DNA of 64,000 nt from Octopus sinensis (GCF_006345805.1 NC_042998.1:158968001-159032000); one strand, 5' to 3'. Positions 1-13,930 are shown, counted from the stretch's first letter. The notes: generated by a model not told the origin, from the letters alone. Program-made: numbers and translations.

Positions 1-112
1 GTTAATTTTTGAGGGAAGTCAGTTCTAGTTACTTTCAATGTCTTCTTGGAACAGTCAGATGTTAGTTTACCTGGAAAGAAACAATGCAATTATAAATAAG
101 AAGAGTTGAATG

Positions 113-125
113 TTTATATATATAT

Positions 126-163
<38 letters not shown>
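113..163. repeat. (TA)n microsatellite
   Basis: Interrupted TA run seen directly. Confidence 0.95.
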
Positions 164-168
<5 letters not shown>

Positions 169-214
169 ACAAGTCAAGATAGAAAATGCTAAAATAATTT
201 TATAAAGAACATTT

Positions 215-252
215 CAGTACCGGTTTCGGTCGTTTTGAGACCTTTTCAACTG
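215..252 (-). ncRNA. Minimal type I hammerhead ribozyme motif, U3-A8 core variant
   Basis: Minus strand reads CAG-UUGAAAA-GGUC-ucaaaac-GACC-GAAA-CCGG-UA-CUG. Stem I is CAG/CUG, stem II is GGUC/GACC, stem III is the palindrome ACCGGU, cleavage triplet GUA. The C3-G8 pair is replaced by U3-A8. Confidence 0.7.
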
Positions 253-575
253 TAACGATTAAATAATTAAATTTAGAAAAATTAAAAGAAAAGTTTTTTT
301 AAAGGAATATTTGTATAGTGTCCAAATATAAGTGAAATTTTCCTTGTTTCTGCCTTTCTCTGTCTCTCTTGTTTACACTTGTGGGTTCGAGGTCGTGTGC
401 TTTCCTATTATTTATTAACTCTTTGTCCATCTCACTGTAACACCTCTAACCACCAAAGCTTTCCTCACTCCATCAATCCACACAAACCGAGGTCTGCCTC
501 TGGTTCTGCAGCCTACCACTTTTACCTTCATCACCCTCCTTACCAATCAAAATTTTACAGCTCTAACTTAGTATT

Positions 576-597
576 TGAACCTTTCAGCCCACCCTCG
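576..597 (-). mobile_element. Solo mariner-type TIR
   Basis: Reverse complement TA-CGAGGGTGGGCTGAAAGGTTCA resembles the CGAGGG...CTGAAAAGTT ends of the mariner MITEs at 13759 and 40271. No partner TIR found. Confidence 0.5.
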
Positions 598-1314
598 TAA
601 ATGTTAGTATATACATTCCTTACAAGTGTTTTTTGTTTTTCAATACCTGAAACTCAGATGAATGCATATGCATTCTGACTTGAACTGTCTGCCTAAATTC
701 TGCTATATACCATGTGTGCCCAAGGTTAACTTGGACTAATGGTAGAATTGTTATCTGTTACTTCTATGAGTATTATTTTATCGGTCTTTCATTTTTCATA
801 TCAATAACATTATTACTTGTTGATACTGACAGTAAATCATCTACCAACTAATATATTGTATTTCATATCTTTATGACCTTAGTATACTTTTACATTACCT
901 ATATATTTCATAAGTAGGCTGCGCAATTCAGTCAATATAGTTTTGCTAAATGCTTGGAAAGCTGTCTTCATATCGATTAAGTTTTGCATAGGTTGAGTCA
1001 CCTGTTATTGTTATATGAGTTATGTAACTACATATATGCGTTGCTAAATTGTTTATTTATATTTTTATATACTGGGCTATTGAAATACATCATGCTTTAT
1101 GTGTCTCGTTGAAAGTATGTAGTCAGTTATATTGCCTACGTATGTGTCCGTAGATTTACTTGTCTGTGTGCATGATTATGAATGTGTATGTCAGTATAGA
1201 TGTGTCGCACAGCATTTATGCATAATTTTGCCTATACTTGTGCATTACTGTTGTTATATATGTCTTCGTATGTAGACTGTTTGAAAGTGTAAATTCTAAA
1301 TCTGACTGTCACTA

Positions 1315-2604
1315 CGAGGGACGATAAATAAGTAATGCCTCTGACCCATTTCCAGGTGTTTGATCTAGTTGAAATTGTGCATGTGCAATTACTTATATCT
1401 CTATAGATTAGGTGGCAAATTACAGCTCTGAACTAATTATGGTTTCTGATTTACAGGTGTTTGAACTGAGTCAAGTGTGAAATGGAGCCTGTTGAGTGTC
1501 GAGCAGTGATCCGATTTTTGTATTTGAAAGGACGCACACCACGGGAGACTTTTGATGAAATGAAAATAACTTATGGTGATGATGCCCCATCATATGACCT
1601 TGTAAAACGCTGGCATCGTGAATTCAAACATGGTCGGAACTCTGTGGAAACAGCTCCCAGATCTGGTCGACCCCCTTCTGCCATTGATGAGGCATCTGTC
1701 CGTCAAGTTGAGGCTGCCATTTTGGAAGATCGACGCATAACTATTCGCCAAATAGCCCATGAGGTCAAGATTAGTACCGGGTCAGTGGAAACTATCATTC
1801 ATGACCATTTACATATGCAAAAGGTGTCTGCCAGATGGATTCCCAGGTTGCTCACACCTTTCCAGAAGCAAGAACGCGTCGAGTGCTCGAGGATGAATTT
1901 GGAGACGTACCAAGAAGATGAGTCAAACTTTTTCAAAAGACTGATTACACAGGATGAAACCTGGGTCCATCACTATGATCCAGAGACCAAAGCCCAGTCA
2001 ATGCAGTGGAAGCACCGTGACTCACCTCACCCAAAGAAGGCAAGGGTGCAGCCCTCTGCTGGCAAGGTCATGCTCACAGTCTCCTGGGACCAGGACGGAG
2101 TAGTGATGACAGATTTCCTGCAAAGGGTACCACAATTACAGGAGCCTATTATGCTTCACTTTTGAGAAAATTAAGAGAAGCTATCAAAATCAAGAGGCGG
2201 GGCAAGATCAGCGAAGGCATCCTCCTCCTGCAGGACAACGCTCCGGTCCACAACTCGCGTGTCACCAGATCAGAAGCACAGGCGTGCGGCTATGAACTCC
2301 TCCCCCACCCCCTACTCTCCTGTCCTTGCACCCTCTGATTTTCACCTCTTCCCAGCCATGAAGTTGTTTTTGAAAGGAATGCATTTCCCAGATGATGCAG
2401 CCTTGATTTCTAAAGTCACGTCGTGGATGGAGGACCAAGCTGGGGTCTTTTACAAAAACGGTCTCCAGAGCTGGATCAAACGATGGGAGAAATGCGTAAC
2501 TCTGAGTGGTTCCTATGTAGAAAAAGACCAATAACTGTGCCAAGTTCCGTTGCTCTACTGGTATGGGAAGTGGGTCAGGGGCATTACTTATTGAACGCCC
2601 CTCG
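1315..2604 (+). mobile_element. Full-length mariner (Tc1/mariner, DD34D) transposon, irritans-like
   Basis: 39-bp TIRs at 1315-1353 and 2566-2604 (34/39 identical, starting CGAGGG), flanked by TA at 1313-1314 and 2605-2606. Length 1290 bp with an internal transposase. The subfamily is inferred from the TIR start. Confidence 0.97.
1482..2534 (+). pseudogene. Mariner transposase with two frameshifts
   Basis: HTH region with RSGRP, WIPRLL, DETW, then LLQDNAPVH in a shifted frame, and YSPVLAPSDFHLF. Frameshifts near 2118 (-1) and 2311 (-2). Restoring the frame gives D34D spacing. Confidence 0.95.
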
Positions 2605-3127
2605 TATGTATATTAAGCCTTGATAATCATTCCTTGAATGATGCCTTGTGATCTTCTTTAATTACTGGGCAATGATCCTAATAATCTTGAATTTACTACT
2701 AATGTGATTTTAATATTTTTAATTTATTCATAATTTGATACCGCCAAACTGGACCTGTCTTTTCATTTCAATCCGACCTTTCTACACATTATCATTTCAA
2801 TCTGACCTATCTATATATTTATTATTAGTCGTCAGCTTGAGAGTTATTGTAGTGTTCTTATCTTCTAATTTATTTATCTATTTATTATTTATATTTAATC
2901 TTATATTGGTTATTTGATTCCGTGCATTTATTTCATCCATTGTTTTCTTTTATTTAATCTTTGATCTTATTTTTGATTGAAATTGACTCTTTGTTACATA
3001 ATGGCGATATTTAAGACCTGTAATTATATTTCGATGAATTTATCTCATGAGATGATTTTATCAAAATAATGTTATTGAAAGGAGCGTAATGAAAAATTGG
3101 AAATATCAATAGTTTGTTTACATATAT

Positions 3128-3312
3128 TCTTTTATTCTTTTATTCTTTTACTTGTTTCAGCCATTTGACTGCAGCCATGCTGGAGCACCGCCTTTAGTCG
3201 AGCAAATCAACCCCAGGACATATTCTTTGTAAGCCTAGTACTTATTCTATCGGTCTCTTTTGCTGAACCACTAAGTTACAGGGACATAAACACACCAGCA
3301 TCGGTTGTCAAG
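3128..3312 (-). mobile_element. tRNA-derived SINE family A, 3' half
   Basis: Reverse complement matches the 3' half of the complete copy at 16634-17045 (GATAGAATAAGTACTAGGCTTAC...GGCGGTGCTCCAGCATGGC). Confidence 0.85.
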
Positions 3313-3672
3313 TTCTTAGGTGTGTTTCGCTGCCACAAGAGTAACAGCATGGTCTCCTAACTTCTACCACTATATAGAGCTTGTGACCGTCCGTTAGCTC
3401 TATTAAATTGGGAATGTTAGTAATCGAGTCCTGATGAATTTGCATCAGGATCTCCATTGAATTTCCCAACTAATTTTGCTGTTCTAACACGGCAACCTCC
3501 AGAATGGTGGTGGTGGTGGTGGTATTGGCGGTGGTGGTGACAGAGGCGTTGAAGCTGTCAGTCTCAACAACAAATCTCTTCAACTCGTCATCGTCAATAA
3601 CAGCAGCAGCAGCAGCATTTAGACTGATATCTGTATTTATTCTTTCCCAATTTGTGCTTTCTTTCGTTTTAT

Positions 3673-3696
3673 CTGTGTGTGTGTGTGTGTGTGTGT

Positions 3697-3736
<40 letters not shown>

Positions 3737-3762
3737 GTGTGCGTGTGTGTGCGCGTGTGTGT
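3673..3762. repeat. (GT)n microsatellite
   Basis: Seen directly. Confidence 0.95.
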
Positions 3763-4043
3763 GAATTATTTGCTTTTGGTAGCAGGAGGCTAGGAAATTC
3801 TTCATCAAGCGTTTTTACCGCCAGACTGCATGAGAGGAGCGCTGGCCTAATGGTTTGGATTCGCCACCTCCGAAACGAAAATGGCTAAGAAAACCGAAGA
3901 AAGCCTTTAAAAGTTTGGAGATTTACCCACAGAGGGGCAATTTCCTATTGAAATATTAACCTAGGGTGAAAGTCAACAATGAAAACTTTTTAACACACAA
4001 AAATAGCCAACTTACTTGGAGCCGATTTGATCACAGTCCGTCC

Positions 4044-4375
<332 letters not shown>

Positions 4376-4444
4376 ATGTGAGTGGACAAATGAAAGAAAG
4401 TGACGTTCAACACGTTCGCTAGGTGTTACATATACGATTAATTA

Positions 4445-4600
4445 AAAAACAGTTTGTTTCGGTGTCATAAAACGTAGTTTCGCAGACTCGGCACAGGATC
4501 CTAGCTTATCTGGCTCAGGTGATCGACGAGCCTGAGGAGCTAGGTTCTATGCCGAGCCTACGAAACTTTATGCTGCATGGGGCTGAGTTAAACTGTTTTT
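4445..4600. repeat. Imperfect fold-back (MITE-like) element
   Basis: Nested inverted repeats AAAACAGTTT/AAACTGTTTT, AGTTTCG..CTCGGCA..CCTAGCT/AGCTAGG..TGCCGAG..CGAAACT and CTCAGG/CCTGAG. Confidence 0.6.
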
Positions 4601-7467
4601 TTTTTTTAGATAATATATAAAAATATACGTTTGTGTCCCAAGTTTTTATTTATATTTATATCGCTCTTCACTTTTGTTTTTGATTAGCCCTCAGCAAGCC
4701 TTAAATGTACAGGTAGCTGGAGAATGGCATTGCTTCTAGAACGACCTTATATTTTAGACACTGCAACAAATACTAAATTCCTCAACACATCTTTTTTGAA
4801 GACAGTGGCGTATTATTTGAGAACGATTTGGGTGTAGTTTTTAGACGATTGTATGGCCACATCGAGATTCGCGAGCCATCTTGTGAAAATCCTTTTCCCT
4901 GTATCTACTCAGTTTAGTCCAACCAAGCTAATAGTTAATTAAGAGAATGGAATATTTATTTATTAATTTGTTTCTAGTTTCTAAAACTTCTAAAATGAAT
5001 GTGCGTGTGAGCGCGCGCTGTGTATGTGTATGCTTGTGTTTTATGGATGTGTTTCGTGTGAGTGTGCGTGTATGTGTGAGCGCCTGCGTGCGCTCTGTGT
5101 GTAGTATGTGTGTGTTTGTGTGTGTGTGTTTTGTGTGTGTGTTTTGTGTGCGTGTGTGTTTCTGTTTTGTGTGTATGTGTGTATGTTTCTGTTTTGTGTG
5201 TGTGTGTTTTGTGTGTGTGTGTGTGTAAAGACAGACTTTCAGCACTTTTTAGCGACCGACCACTTGTTTAAATCATTGTCTTCATTGTTGCTTGACGTGT
5301 TTGGTCTTAAATACGCAGAAAAAGAAATTTATGGTCGAGCGGAAAGACAGTCTAGTTTAATTGTCTGCACACAAGTTTAGATGTTATGAAAAGATCCAGT
5401 CCTACAGTTGGTAATATCCCAGACATCTTAGCAATAAAAACAACAATCACCACAACTACAACTACAACCACAATAGAAGCAAAAATAACAATAATAAATC
5501 TGAAAGTAATTAAGATCTCTCACACAGTGAGTTTATTTCCTTGACTTGGTTTCCCTAACTGCTTTGGCGTCAATTGTTTTCTCGGGATTTATGTAATAAA
5601 CATTCGTTGTTACGTTTATTTATTTTTCTCAGCGAGATGTGTATTCCTCTCAACTGCAAAATTGGGTTTGTTGTTGTATAGCTCAATATAATCTCTGATC
5701 GAGCTGACCTATGAACAAAACCATTCCATCCATGGCCATATTTCAGACATGTTGCTCAGCACATTTTTCATTGCGTTTCTTTTTTTCTTTTCTCAAGACA
5801 GTAGAGATTTGGTAGCTGTTTTTCCAAGCAGTACAACTGCACAGAAGATTGATTGTTCACATTTAAAATTTGCGGTCGTCTTCAACGATATTAATTGGAG
5901 CAATTAAAATTTGTAATGTTCATATTTTCTTTTGAAATGTTTCTTGTTGAAAGACGGTCCTACATTTATAGAAATGATGAAAAGGAGCTTGTTGTCTTCA
6001 AGTGTTGCTAAAGATATCAGTGAAACACTGCTCACTAAGAATCAAGACTAAAACACGAATAAACCACAAATATATTCCCCATAATTCAGTGGTTATTTGA
6101 TCTGCTAGAAATGACAGTAAAATCTTCTTCAAAGTTAAATAATATAATCCTAGATACACAATATTCGAAAAATGCGGGGTGGACACGGAAAGAATGCTAA
6201 TAAAAATAAGGTATGCCCTATGAGTAAAAAAATATTAAATAGAAAATTTTTTGTCAACATTCGAAGCTGTAACTATACGTTTCACAGAAACCGGTAGCTA
6301 AATGTGTCAATTTAAAAGAAATGATTAATTATTCTACAATGAAAAGTACTCTTTAGAGTTGAACATCAACCGTTATATTAATATCATCAATCTCAGCAAG
6401 CCTGGAAATGACGTCAGCAATAATTTTTTCGCCTGGCTAACGTTAAAAAAATTCCGGATTTATAGACGAAGTAAAACGAATTTCTGAGAAATCCATGCCT
6501 TTCTCAATAATATTACCGTTATCTTAGTTAAACTGAAATGCTTACAATTGGAAATCAAAGCAATGTCGCGGAAATGTTTTTTTTCCCGGAAGTTTATCTT
6601 TAGTGTACAACTTAATCTTTAGTGTTATGAAAGCTAACATCGTGACTTGAACTTCTTAGTTTAAAGTTATTTAAATGAGTCTTCTAAAACTCACTTCATT
6701 TCCAAAGAATTTATTTGCACGCCACCGCCGTCTTATGTCAGGCATCTACAATCGTTCTAAAACTAATGTGGCTATTGTCAGTGTTCAACTGTGATCAATT
6801 ACAATTTCTTATTTGAAAGACATTTAATTAATAAAACGTTAAAAGTGTGCATCATTAAACCGGAAATAATTTTCAATCACTTATATTAGGGAAGTTGTTT
6901 AGATAAACTCACTGATGCAAATAATAATGAACTTTATTTAAAAACCAACCTCCTTCGCCGTCTCCTTCTCAGTTACACTCTTGTCAAACTGTATATCATT
7001 ACGACGATTTAATACGATAAAACAGGAAAAAAACAAAAACGCTTCACTCTGCAACACATTTTCCGAAATGAAATCCGCACTACTACTTATTCATATCACG
7101 ACCACGTCACTTATCACCGCCACAGATATGCCAACACTCACCATTATCACTACCATCACTATTATTGAAATGACGAAGAAGTTTCTACGAGGCTGCTTGG
7201 TGTAAGTAGCAATCAAATCTTCCTGAAATCAAGTCGTGTCGAGGCGAAAGGAAGACAAACTGAGCAATATCATTCAAGGTACACTATGTCTCCATAAAAG
7301 TTGGGATGGGTGACGACTAGGATGTCATTGATTATACTTATGCTCAAAGAGTGATAAACTGGCACAAAACTATAAAGACATCCTCCCAATACTCCAATAA
7401 AAATAAAATTGAAAAACGACCATCGTCAAAGTCGTCTCAATAATCTATAATAATCATGGCTGGTATA

Positions 7468-7625
7468 AGGCGGCGAACTCAGAACCACCACGCCGGGGAA
7501 AGTGCTTGACGGCGTTTTCCCCGTCTTTACGCTCTGAGTTCAAATTCCGCAGAGGGTGACGTTGCCTTGAACCGACTTACCCGCTGCCCCGAACTCGCTG
7601 GCCCTCTGCTAAGATTTGAAACCAT
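7468..7625 (+). mobile_element. tRNA-derived SINE family B, decayed
   Basis: GGCGGCGAAC...CTGAGTTCAAATTCCGC (B-box-like) matches the copy at 61954-62168. Confidence 0.7.
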
Positions 7626-8983
7626 TATTCATGGCTTGCAAACAAAGTGATACCAACACTCTTTCGCTTCCCCCACCATAAAATGAAGAGCCAAGACTCG
7701 AAATGTTAGCTTTACCTCTCTTCAAAGCAAAACTGAACCTATCAAACTCATCAGTGAATCCTTCTATGATTCAACAATTGATGATGCGGGCATTCACCAG
7801 TTTATCAGGATCTCAAGTTTTACTGCACCGCAGTTTATAACCAACTCCACTTCAATCAAAAGAACGACCCACAATTTATGACTGTTATTGTCATGACCTT
7901 CACTACATATATACTGAAACCATTCCAAATAGCATCATCACCACAACCTTTTTCCAGCACCGTCAATTTATAGTGGATACGTTTTGTTAGAAATTTAGAA
8001 CAACTATTTCAGCCTGACGTCTACGAACCCTAGGAATGCTAAGTAAAATGTACAACGTCTCAGTTAACATATAATTATTCAGTTATATATACTTTTTCAT
8101 TTCTGAGAAGAAACTTGGAAAACGAGTTTGTTGTGGAGTTAATAAAATACATTTATTGAGTTAACAGACCTTTCTAAAGTTTAGGACGTATATCTAAATA
8201 AAAGGGATTCTTGGTAGAGACCGGTTGAGTACTAAAGCTTGTCGCTAATGTATCCCATCATTATTTATTCATATATTACATATCATATATTACATGTATA
8301 TTTATATATATTTGTATGTATGTGTGTATGAATCTGTGTGTGTATGCGTGTTTTTAAAACGAACAGGCAATGGGACACTAGCGAGCTTGGTTGTATTTGT
8401 TTCGTCTCTCTGCAGTCCGAATTCAAATACACATATCTTTAATAACTAATAAAAAACAGTCAAAAGCACAAGTATTTTAATTAATCTATCCACCGCGGAA
8501 ATAGACAGCTTTTTCTCTGTTATATACATAACAGCTGAGTATTGCATGTTTTCCGTTGGGGAAAGAAATCAGATACGTCTTCTCTGAGGAATGATCAGCA
8601 ATCTGCGAATCAGATCCGTCTGGAATTTTCCCTTTCCACTGCAGAGAAAGACTGAGCTTACATCTTTATAATTGCTTATCACGACTAAGCATGTAAATAT
8701 GTAAATATATTTCAGTTCTTGTGATTTATGCTGAGTTGTCCATAAAATGTACATTGTTCAGTTAATGACAAGCCATCAAAAGAAAAAAAATATTTAATTG
8801 AAGCTATCCATTATATATTTGTTACTTAGCTATATATAGCATGCGAAAAATCTATGCTTTTGGGTGGGGAAGGAAATCTAGTGTTTCCTCTAGTAACCAG
8901 TCAATACACTGCGAAACTGGACCATCAGGAGTCCCAACCCCATATTTTTCAACATATCCATAGTACAAAACAATTACGTTTAT

Positions 8984-8998
8984 ACACACACACACACA

Positions 8999-9079
<81 letters not shown>
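8984..9079. repeat. (CA)n microsatellite
   Basis: Seen directly. Confidence 0.95.
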
Positions 9080-9082
<3 letters not shown>

Positions 9083-9583
9083 TAGATCGGATGATAGAAA
9101 GTATTTCTAAAAGATTTGTTTCATTTCAGACAAATATTCAGAACTATTTTTTATCAAATAGGATTATTTACGTTTCAATGCAAGAATGTTTGTGTATGCG
9201 TGCGTGCGCACATGTATGTGTGTGCAAATGTGTTGGAAGCAGTGTTTAAGAATATGTCTGTTTGCGCGTATGTCTGTGTAATGTGTGTCCTTTTTCTATA
9301 ATTATGGTTGTATGTATGTGTATTAACGCATTCATGGCCCAGTAGGCAAGAAATTCTCTTGTCAAACAGTATCAGATTGTGTCTGAGGCTTATTTTAAGC
9401 TTGTCTGTGAAACATTCAAGAATTTACATTAGAATTCAATGTTTTGGTAGTTCCGTTGATCGAAAAACTGGAATGCTCTTCGTCGAAACAGACAAAGATC
9501 CATTTACTTTAAATATCATGACCGTTTATGTATATATTGCATGTGTTTGGAGAACTTTTGTTTATTTTCATAAAGCTTCCCGT

Positions 9584-9634
<51 letters not shown>

Positions 9635-10589
9635 ACATGTATATGTATGCATATAAAAACATATACATATGATGTATATATATATATATACACACATATA
9701 AAATGTCCTTATTTCGTCAAGCTTCATTCCACAGAACAAAAGACGGATTCTAACAGACAAGACGCTTTTGAGGTTATTTAAACTGCAAAAACTTCAGTCG
9801 AACACAAAAATTTTACTACGTTCTGCTTAGTTTAACTTTCATACTAATCACTTATTGAATTTGGAGAAGTTGGATAATCGATTTTTATTCGTCCTTACGG
9901 CTTTGCTTTGTTTTGTAATTTTAGAACAACTCAAGATAGATATTTATATTTTTGGTAATAAAAATAATCAATTAGAGGAAACTCATGCATTTGTATGGGT
10001 AAAATGTGAGGCTCGAGGATGCTGATGAGGGTCTGTGTTGTAACAATGTTGGTTTAACAATAATTATAGTAAATGCAAAGAATTTGTTGATCGGCAATGA
10101 TAGTAAAGTTGGTTTTACCCAGTACAATAATTCATGGCAACGCAGATTCCTTACTGAAGATTTTGGACTAACGTTGTTTGTAAATGGTAATTCCATGTAA
10201 TACTGAATGGCATGGGAATAATCATGATTTAAAGGCAAACAAAATCAAAATACACCTTTACATTTACTATATTATATGTACGGTCTAAACGTATTTGCAT
10301 TAACATAGGTTTATATGACTGAAGTGAAAATTTTCATAAGGTAACTGCAGAATTCGAAGAAAATATCTTAAGAACTACATCAAAAATTATCTTAACGTTA
10401 AATGACATTGTTACCCCAGTTATATTAATGGATTAGGTTCGTCTTTTATCTAAATTGCCCAAGATGTCATCTCCTCTGATAGTGTCATCCTTAAGTGCCA
10501 CTTTTCCCAAAAGAATTATTTCATAATTTCGAAAGTTTATAAATTCTATATATATATATATATATATGAGCGTGACTGCATGGTATATA

Positions 10590-10812
10590 TATTTGTGCCT
10601 GCGTCTGTGTTTGTTCCCATTACCATCACTTGACAACCGATAATGATGTATTTACGTCGCTTTAACTTAGCTGTTCGGCAAAAGAATCTGATAGAATAAG
10701 TACTAGACTTACAAAGAATAAGACCCGCGGTCGAATTGTTCGACTAAAACACCTAAAGGTGGTGTTCTAGTATCGCCGCAGTCAAGTAACTGAAATAAGC
10801 GAAAGAATAAAA
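10590..10812 (+). mobile_element. SINE family A, 3' half
   Basis: CTTGACAACCGAT...GATAGAATAAGTACTAG...GCCGCAGTCAAGTAACTGAAA, as in 16634-17045. Confidence 0.8.
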
Positions 10813-10835
10813 GAATATATATATATATGTATATA

Positions 10836-10929
<94 letters not shown>

Positions 10930-10963
10930 TATATATATATAACACAACCCCACCATTTATTGA

Positions 10964-11001
<38 letters not shown>

Positions 11002-11004
11002 TAT

Positions 11005-11140
11005 CCATCGGTTACAAAAACGAGGGTTCCAGTTGATCCGATCAACGGAACAGCTTGCTCGTGAAATTAACTTGCAAGTGCCTGAGCACTCCACAGACAA
11101 GTGTACAGTAAACGTAGTTCTCAAGTAATTAAAGCATGAC
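11005..11140 (+). mobile_element. Interspersed repeat fragment (SINE-like)
   Basis: GC-richer block ACGAGGGTTCCAGTTGATCCGATCAACGGAACAGC abutting (TA)n. Family assignment is from recollection only. Confidence 0.4.
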
Positions 11141-12394
11141 ACAATGCTTTAACCATTACGCCATACGCCCTCGGACACACACATACACACACACACACAC
11201 ATCACATATATATGTGTGTGTGTGTATGTATGTATGTATGTATGTATGTAGGTAGGTAGGTATGTATGTGTATGTATGTAGAGATTAATTTCTCTTTGTA
11301 ATGATTTCTTGTCTGTAAATATATGTTGTAGATTTACCACCAGAGAATATCTTAATAAATTTATCGCTCTTCTATATTTCTGTATATAAGCCATAACGTC
11401 ATTTCTGCTAAATATGTATTCGCGCGCGTGTGTATGCATATATATAATCTACACACACGCGCGCGCGCGCACCCACACACAGTCAGTTGATGACAGAATC
11501 GCTTACGCGTTAAGAATCGTTTAAAGTATTTATCCAATAAATTCAAGAAATGTTTGGGTATACTTCTCTCCTTCAGACTAAGCGAAGCATTAACCAAAAT
11601 AATTTTACGTTTTCTATTTTCTATGTCTGAGAATTTCAGTTACCATCATCATTATAATCACTATTACTACCACCGCCATCAATATCATCATCATCATCAT
11701 CATCATCATCATTTATGATTATTAATGAAATTATATTATCCTTAAAATGACTGCGCTTTGACGCTTCCTAATAATATGGTGTCGCTTCATTGAAAGAAGA
11801 AATATGAGGAAAATACTGGAAAAGCGTATAATATTTTTCACTAAATAATTTATAATGGCAGCCGCTTGTGTTGATACAATATTTATAAATTTTACTTTTC
11901 ATTTCGCTTCCTAAATGGGTACTAATTATCAAGTATATAAATTTAATACTTGTGTATCGACATTAAATCGTTAGGAGTAAATTTTTAAATGGATTTTTCC
12001 TGAAACTATCAAACTGTCGGGACTTCATATTACGTGTAATAATAAGACTGTCAGTTTGATATAAGCTACACTTTAAATTATACAAGTCTTTATATAACAA
12101 AGGGAAAATAAAAATGCTAATAAACTTACACATTTATACAGAATTAAACTACATTGCGCTTCATGAAAATGTTACATCATTTCCCTTTATTCATTACTGA
12201 AATAAAACAACGAACTACTTGCAGGTATAATTATTTCGATACGGGTATCTCTGATAAAATAGAGTTATTGATAAAAAGTATTACTTTTTGTATCAAAGAT
12301 TTAATTATCGAAATGTATATTCAATGAGATGAAACTGTGTAAATTCATAAAGATTCTTAGATATCAGCAAGATAAATTAGTTGTTTGATTAATT

Positions 12395-12610
12395 CTAATC
12401 ATGGGTTCATATTTTGGCACACAGCCAACAATTTCGGGGAAGGGTGTAAGTCGATTAAATTGACCCAGTATTCAACTGGCACTTATTTTATAGACCCTGT
12501 AAGAATGAAAAACAATGTGAAACGGAATTTCAATTCAGAAAATACAGACGGACGAAATGCTGCTAAGCATTTTGGTCGTCGTGTTAACAATTTTGCCAGT
12601 TCGCCGCCTT
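12395..12610 (-). mobile_element. SINE family B
   Basis: Ends GCCAGTTCGCCGCCT (reverse complement of the family head) and aligns to 61954-62168. Confidence 0.75.
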
Positions 12611-12909
12611 TCTCTGATACTAATAATAACAATGTGTAAAAAGATATACTTTAGCCATTGTACCCACCACACGTTTCGTTGAATTTATTAATCTACACAC
12701 AACGTTATGTGGTCTTTAACTGTAATAAATGGTCTTCATAAACGCATTTGTCCAAATTTATTCTAAATAGGTTACAATGTATTCCGTTTGCAAATTCACG
12801 GAAATAACTGCGGTATCATAATTTATTTTATATGCAAATAATAGTAATAATGTTTGCGAAAACTAATTAGAACTACTTGCATCGTTTTTATATAAAAATT
12901 AAAATATTA

Positions 12910-13080
12910 AGGTGGCGAGCTGGCTGAATCGTTAGGAAGCCGGACACAAAGATGCTTACAGCATTTCGCGTGTCGTTACGCTTTAAATTCCGCCGAAGCC
13001 TACTTCCCCTTTTTTCCTTTCGATGTCGATGAAAAAAGGACCAGTCGACCACTAGAGTCGATGTAAACGACCGTCCTCTT
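12910..13080 (+). mobile_element. SINE family B
   Basis: AGGTGGCGAGCTGGCTGAATCGTTAG head and AAATTCCGCCGA motif. Confidence 0.75.
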
Positions 13081-13290
13081 CCTTGCGAATATCATGTTTT
13101 GTGATATTCGCAGTAGAAGTGAATTACATGCAAAATTTGGGTTGGATTAGGAGGAGAAATCAATTTTCTCAATGTCGAAAAGATTTTAAACTGTGCTTTA
13201 CATTCTATTGAAACTGGGTAACCATATTTACGAGCCTGGCACCATTAATTAAGTTGAAATGTTTTAATCGAATATAATTTAGTGTGTGAG

Positions 13291-13362
<72 letters not shown>

Positions 13363-13403
13363 TATATACATACATATCTAAATATACATACATAATACAT
13401 ACA

Positions 13404-13435
<32 letters not shown>

Positions 13436-13488
13436 CATATATAGATACATACGTATATTATACATACATACATACATACATACATACA

Positions 13489-13520
<32 letters not shown>

Positions 13521-13758
13521 CATATATAGATACATACGTATATTATACATTTTTGTCTTTACAAACCAGGGAAAAGTACTTAGATGAAATATTACACTTT
13601 ATGAAATCGTTAAAATCTGAGATGACAATTTTGCTATTCTGATTTTAAGATATTAATAAAACTATCACTCAACATAGTAGCCATTACTTCATATACCCAT
13701 ACATACATACATACATACATACATACATACATACATAATGCATACATACATTCATAGA

Positions 13759-13930
13759 CGAAGGGGTGCTGAAAATTTCCTGACTTTAAAGGGTCACGAA
13801 AACTTCCAAGTTCTTTTACAAGGGTTAGAATAACTGAAGGACCACTGCAATAAGTGTGTGAATCTGAGAGCGAAATATGTTGAATAAAATCATAATTAAC
13901 TGATCTTCTTTTCGCTCCTAGACATTCTAG
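13759..13930 (+). mobile_element. Mariner-derived MITE, right end decayed
   Basis: Left end CGAAGGGGTGCTGAAAATTTCCTGACTTT. The interior is homologous to 40271-40469 and encodes a transposase C-terminus-like stretch (DHCNKCVNLRAKYVE). Confidence 0.7.

Noticed and set aside
3429-3450. CTGATGA within TCCTGATG-aatttg-CATCAGGA
   Set aside because: A simple 8-bp hairpin that sequesters the core; no GAAA or stem III.
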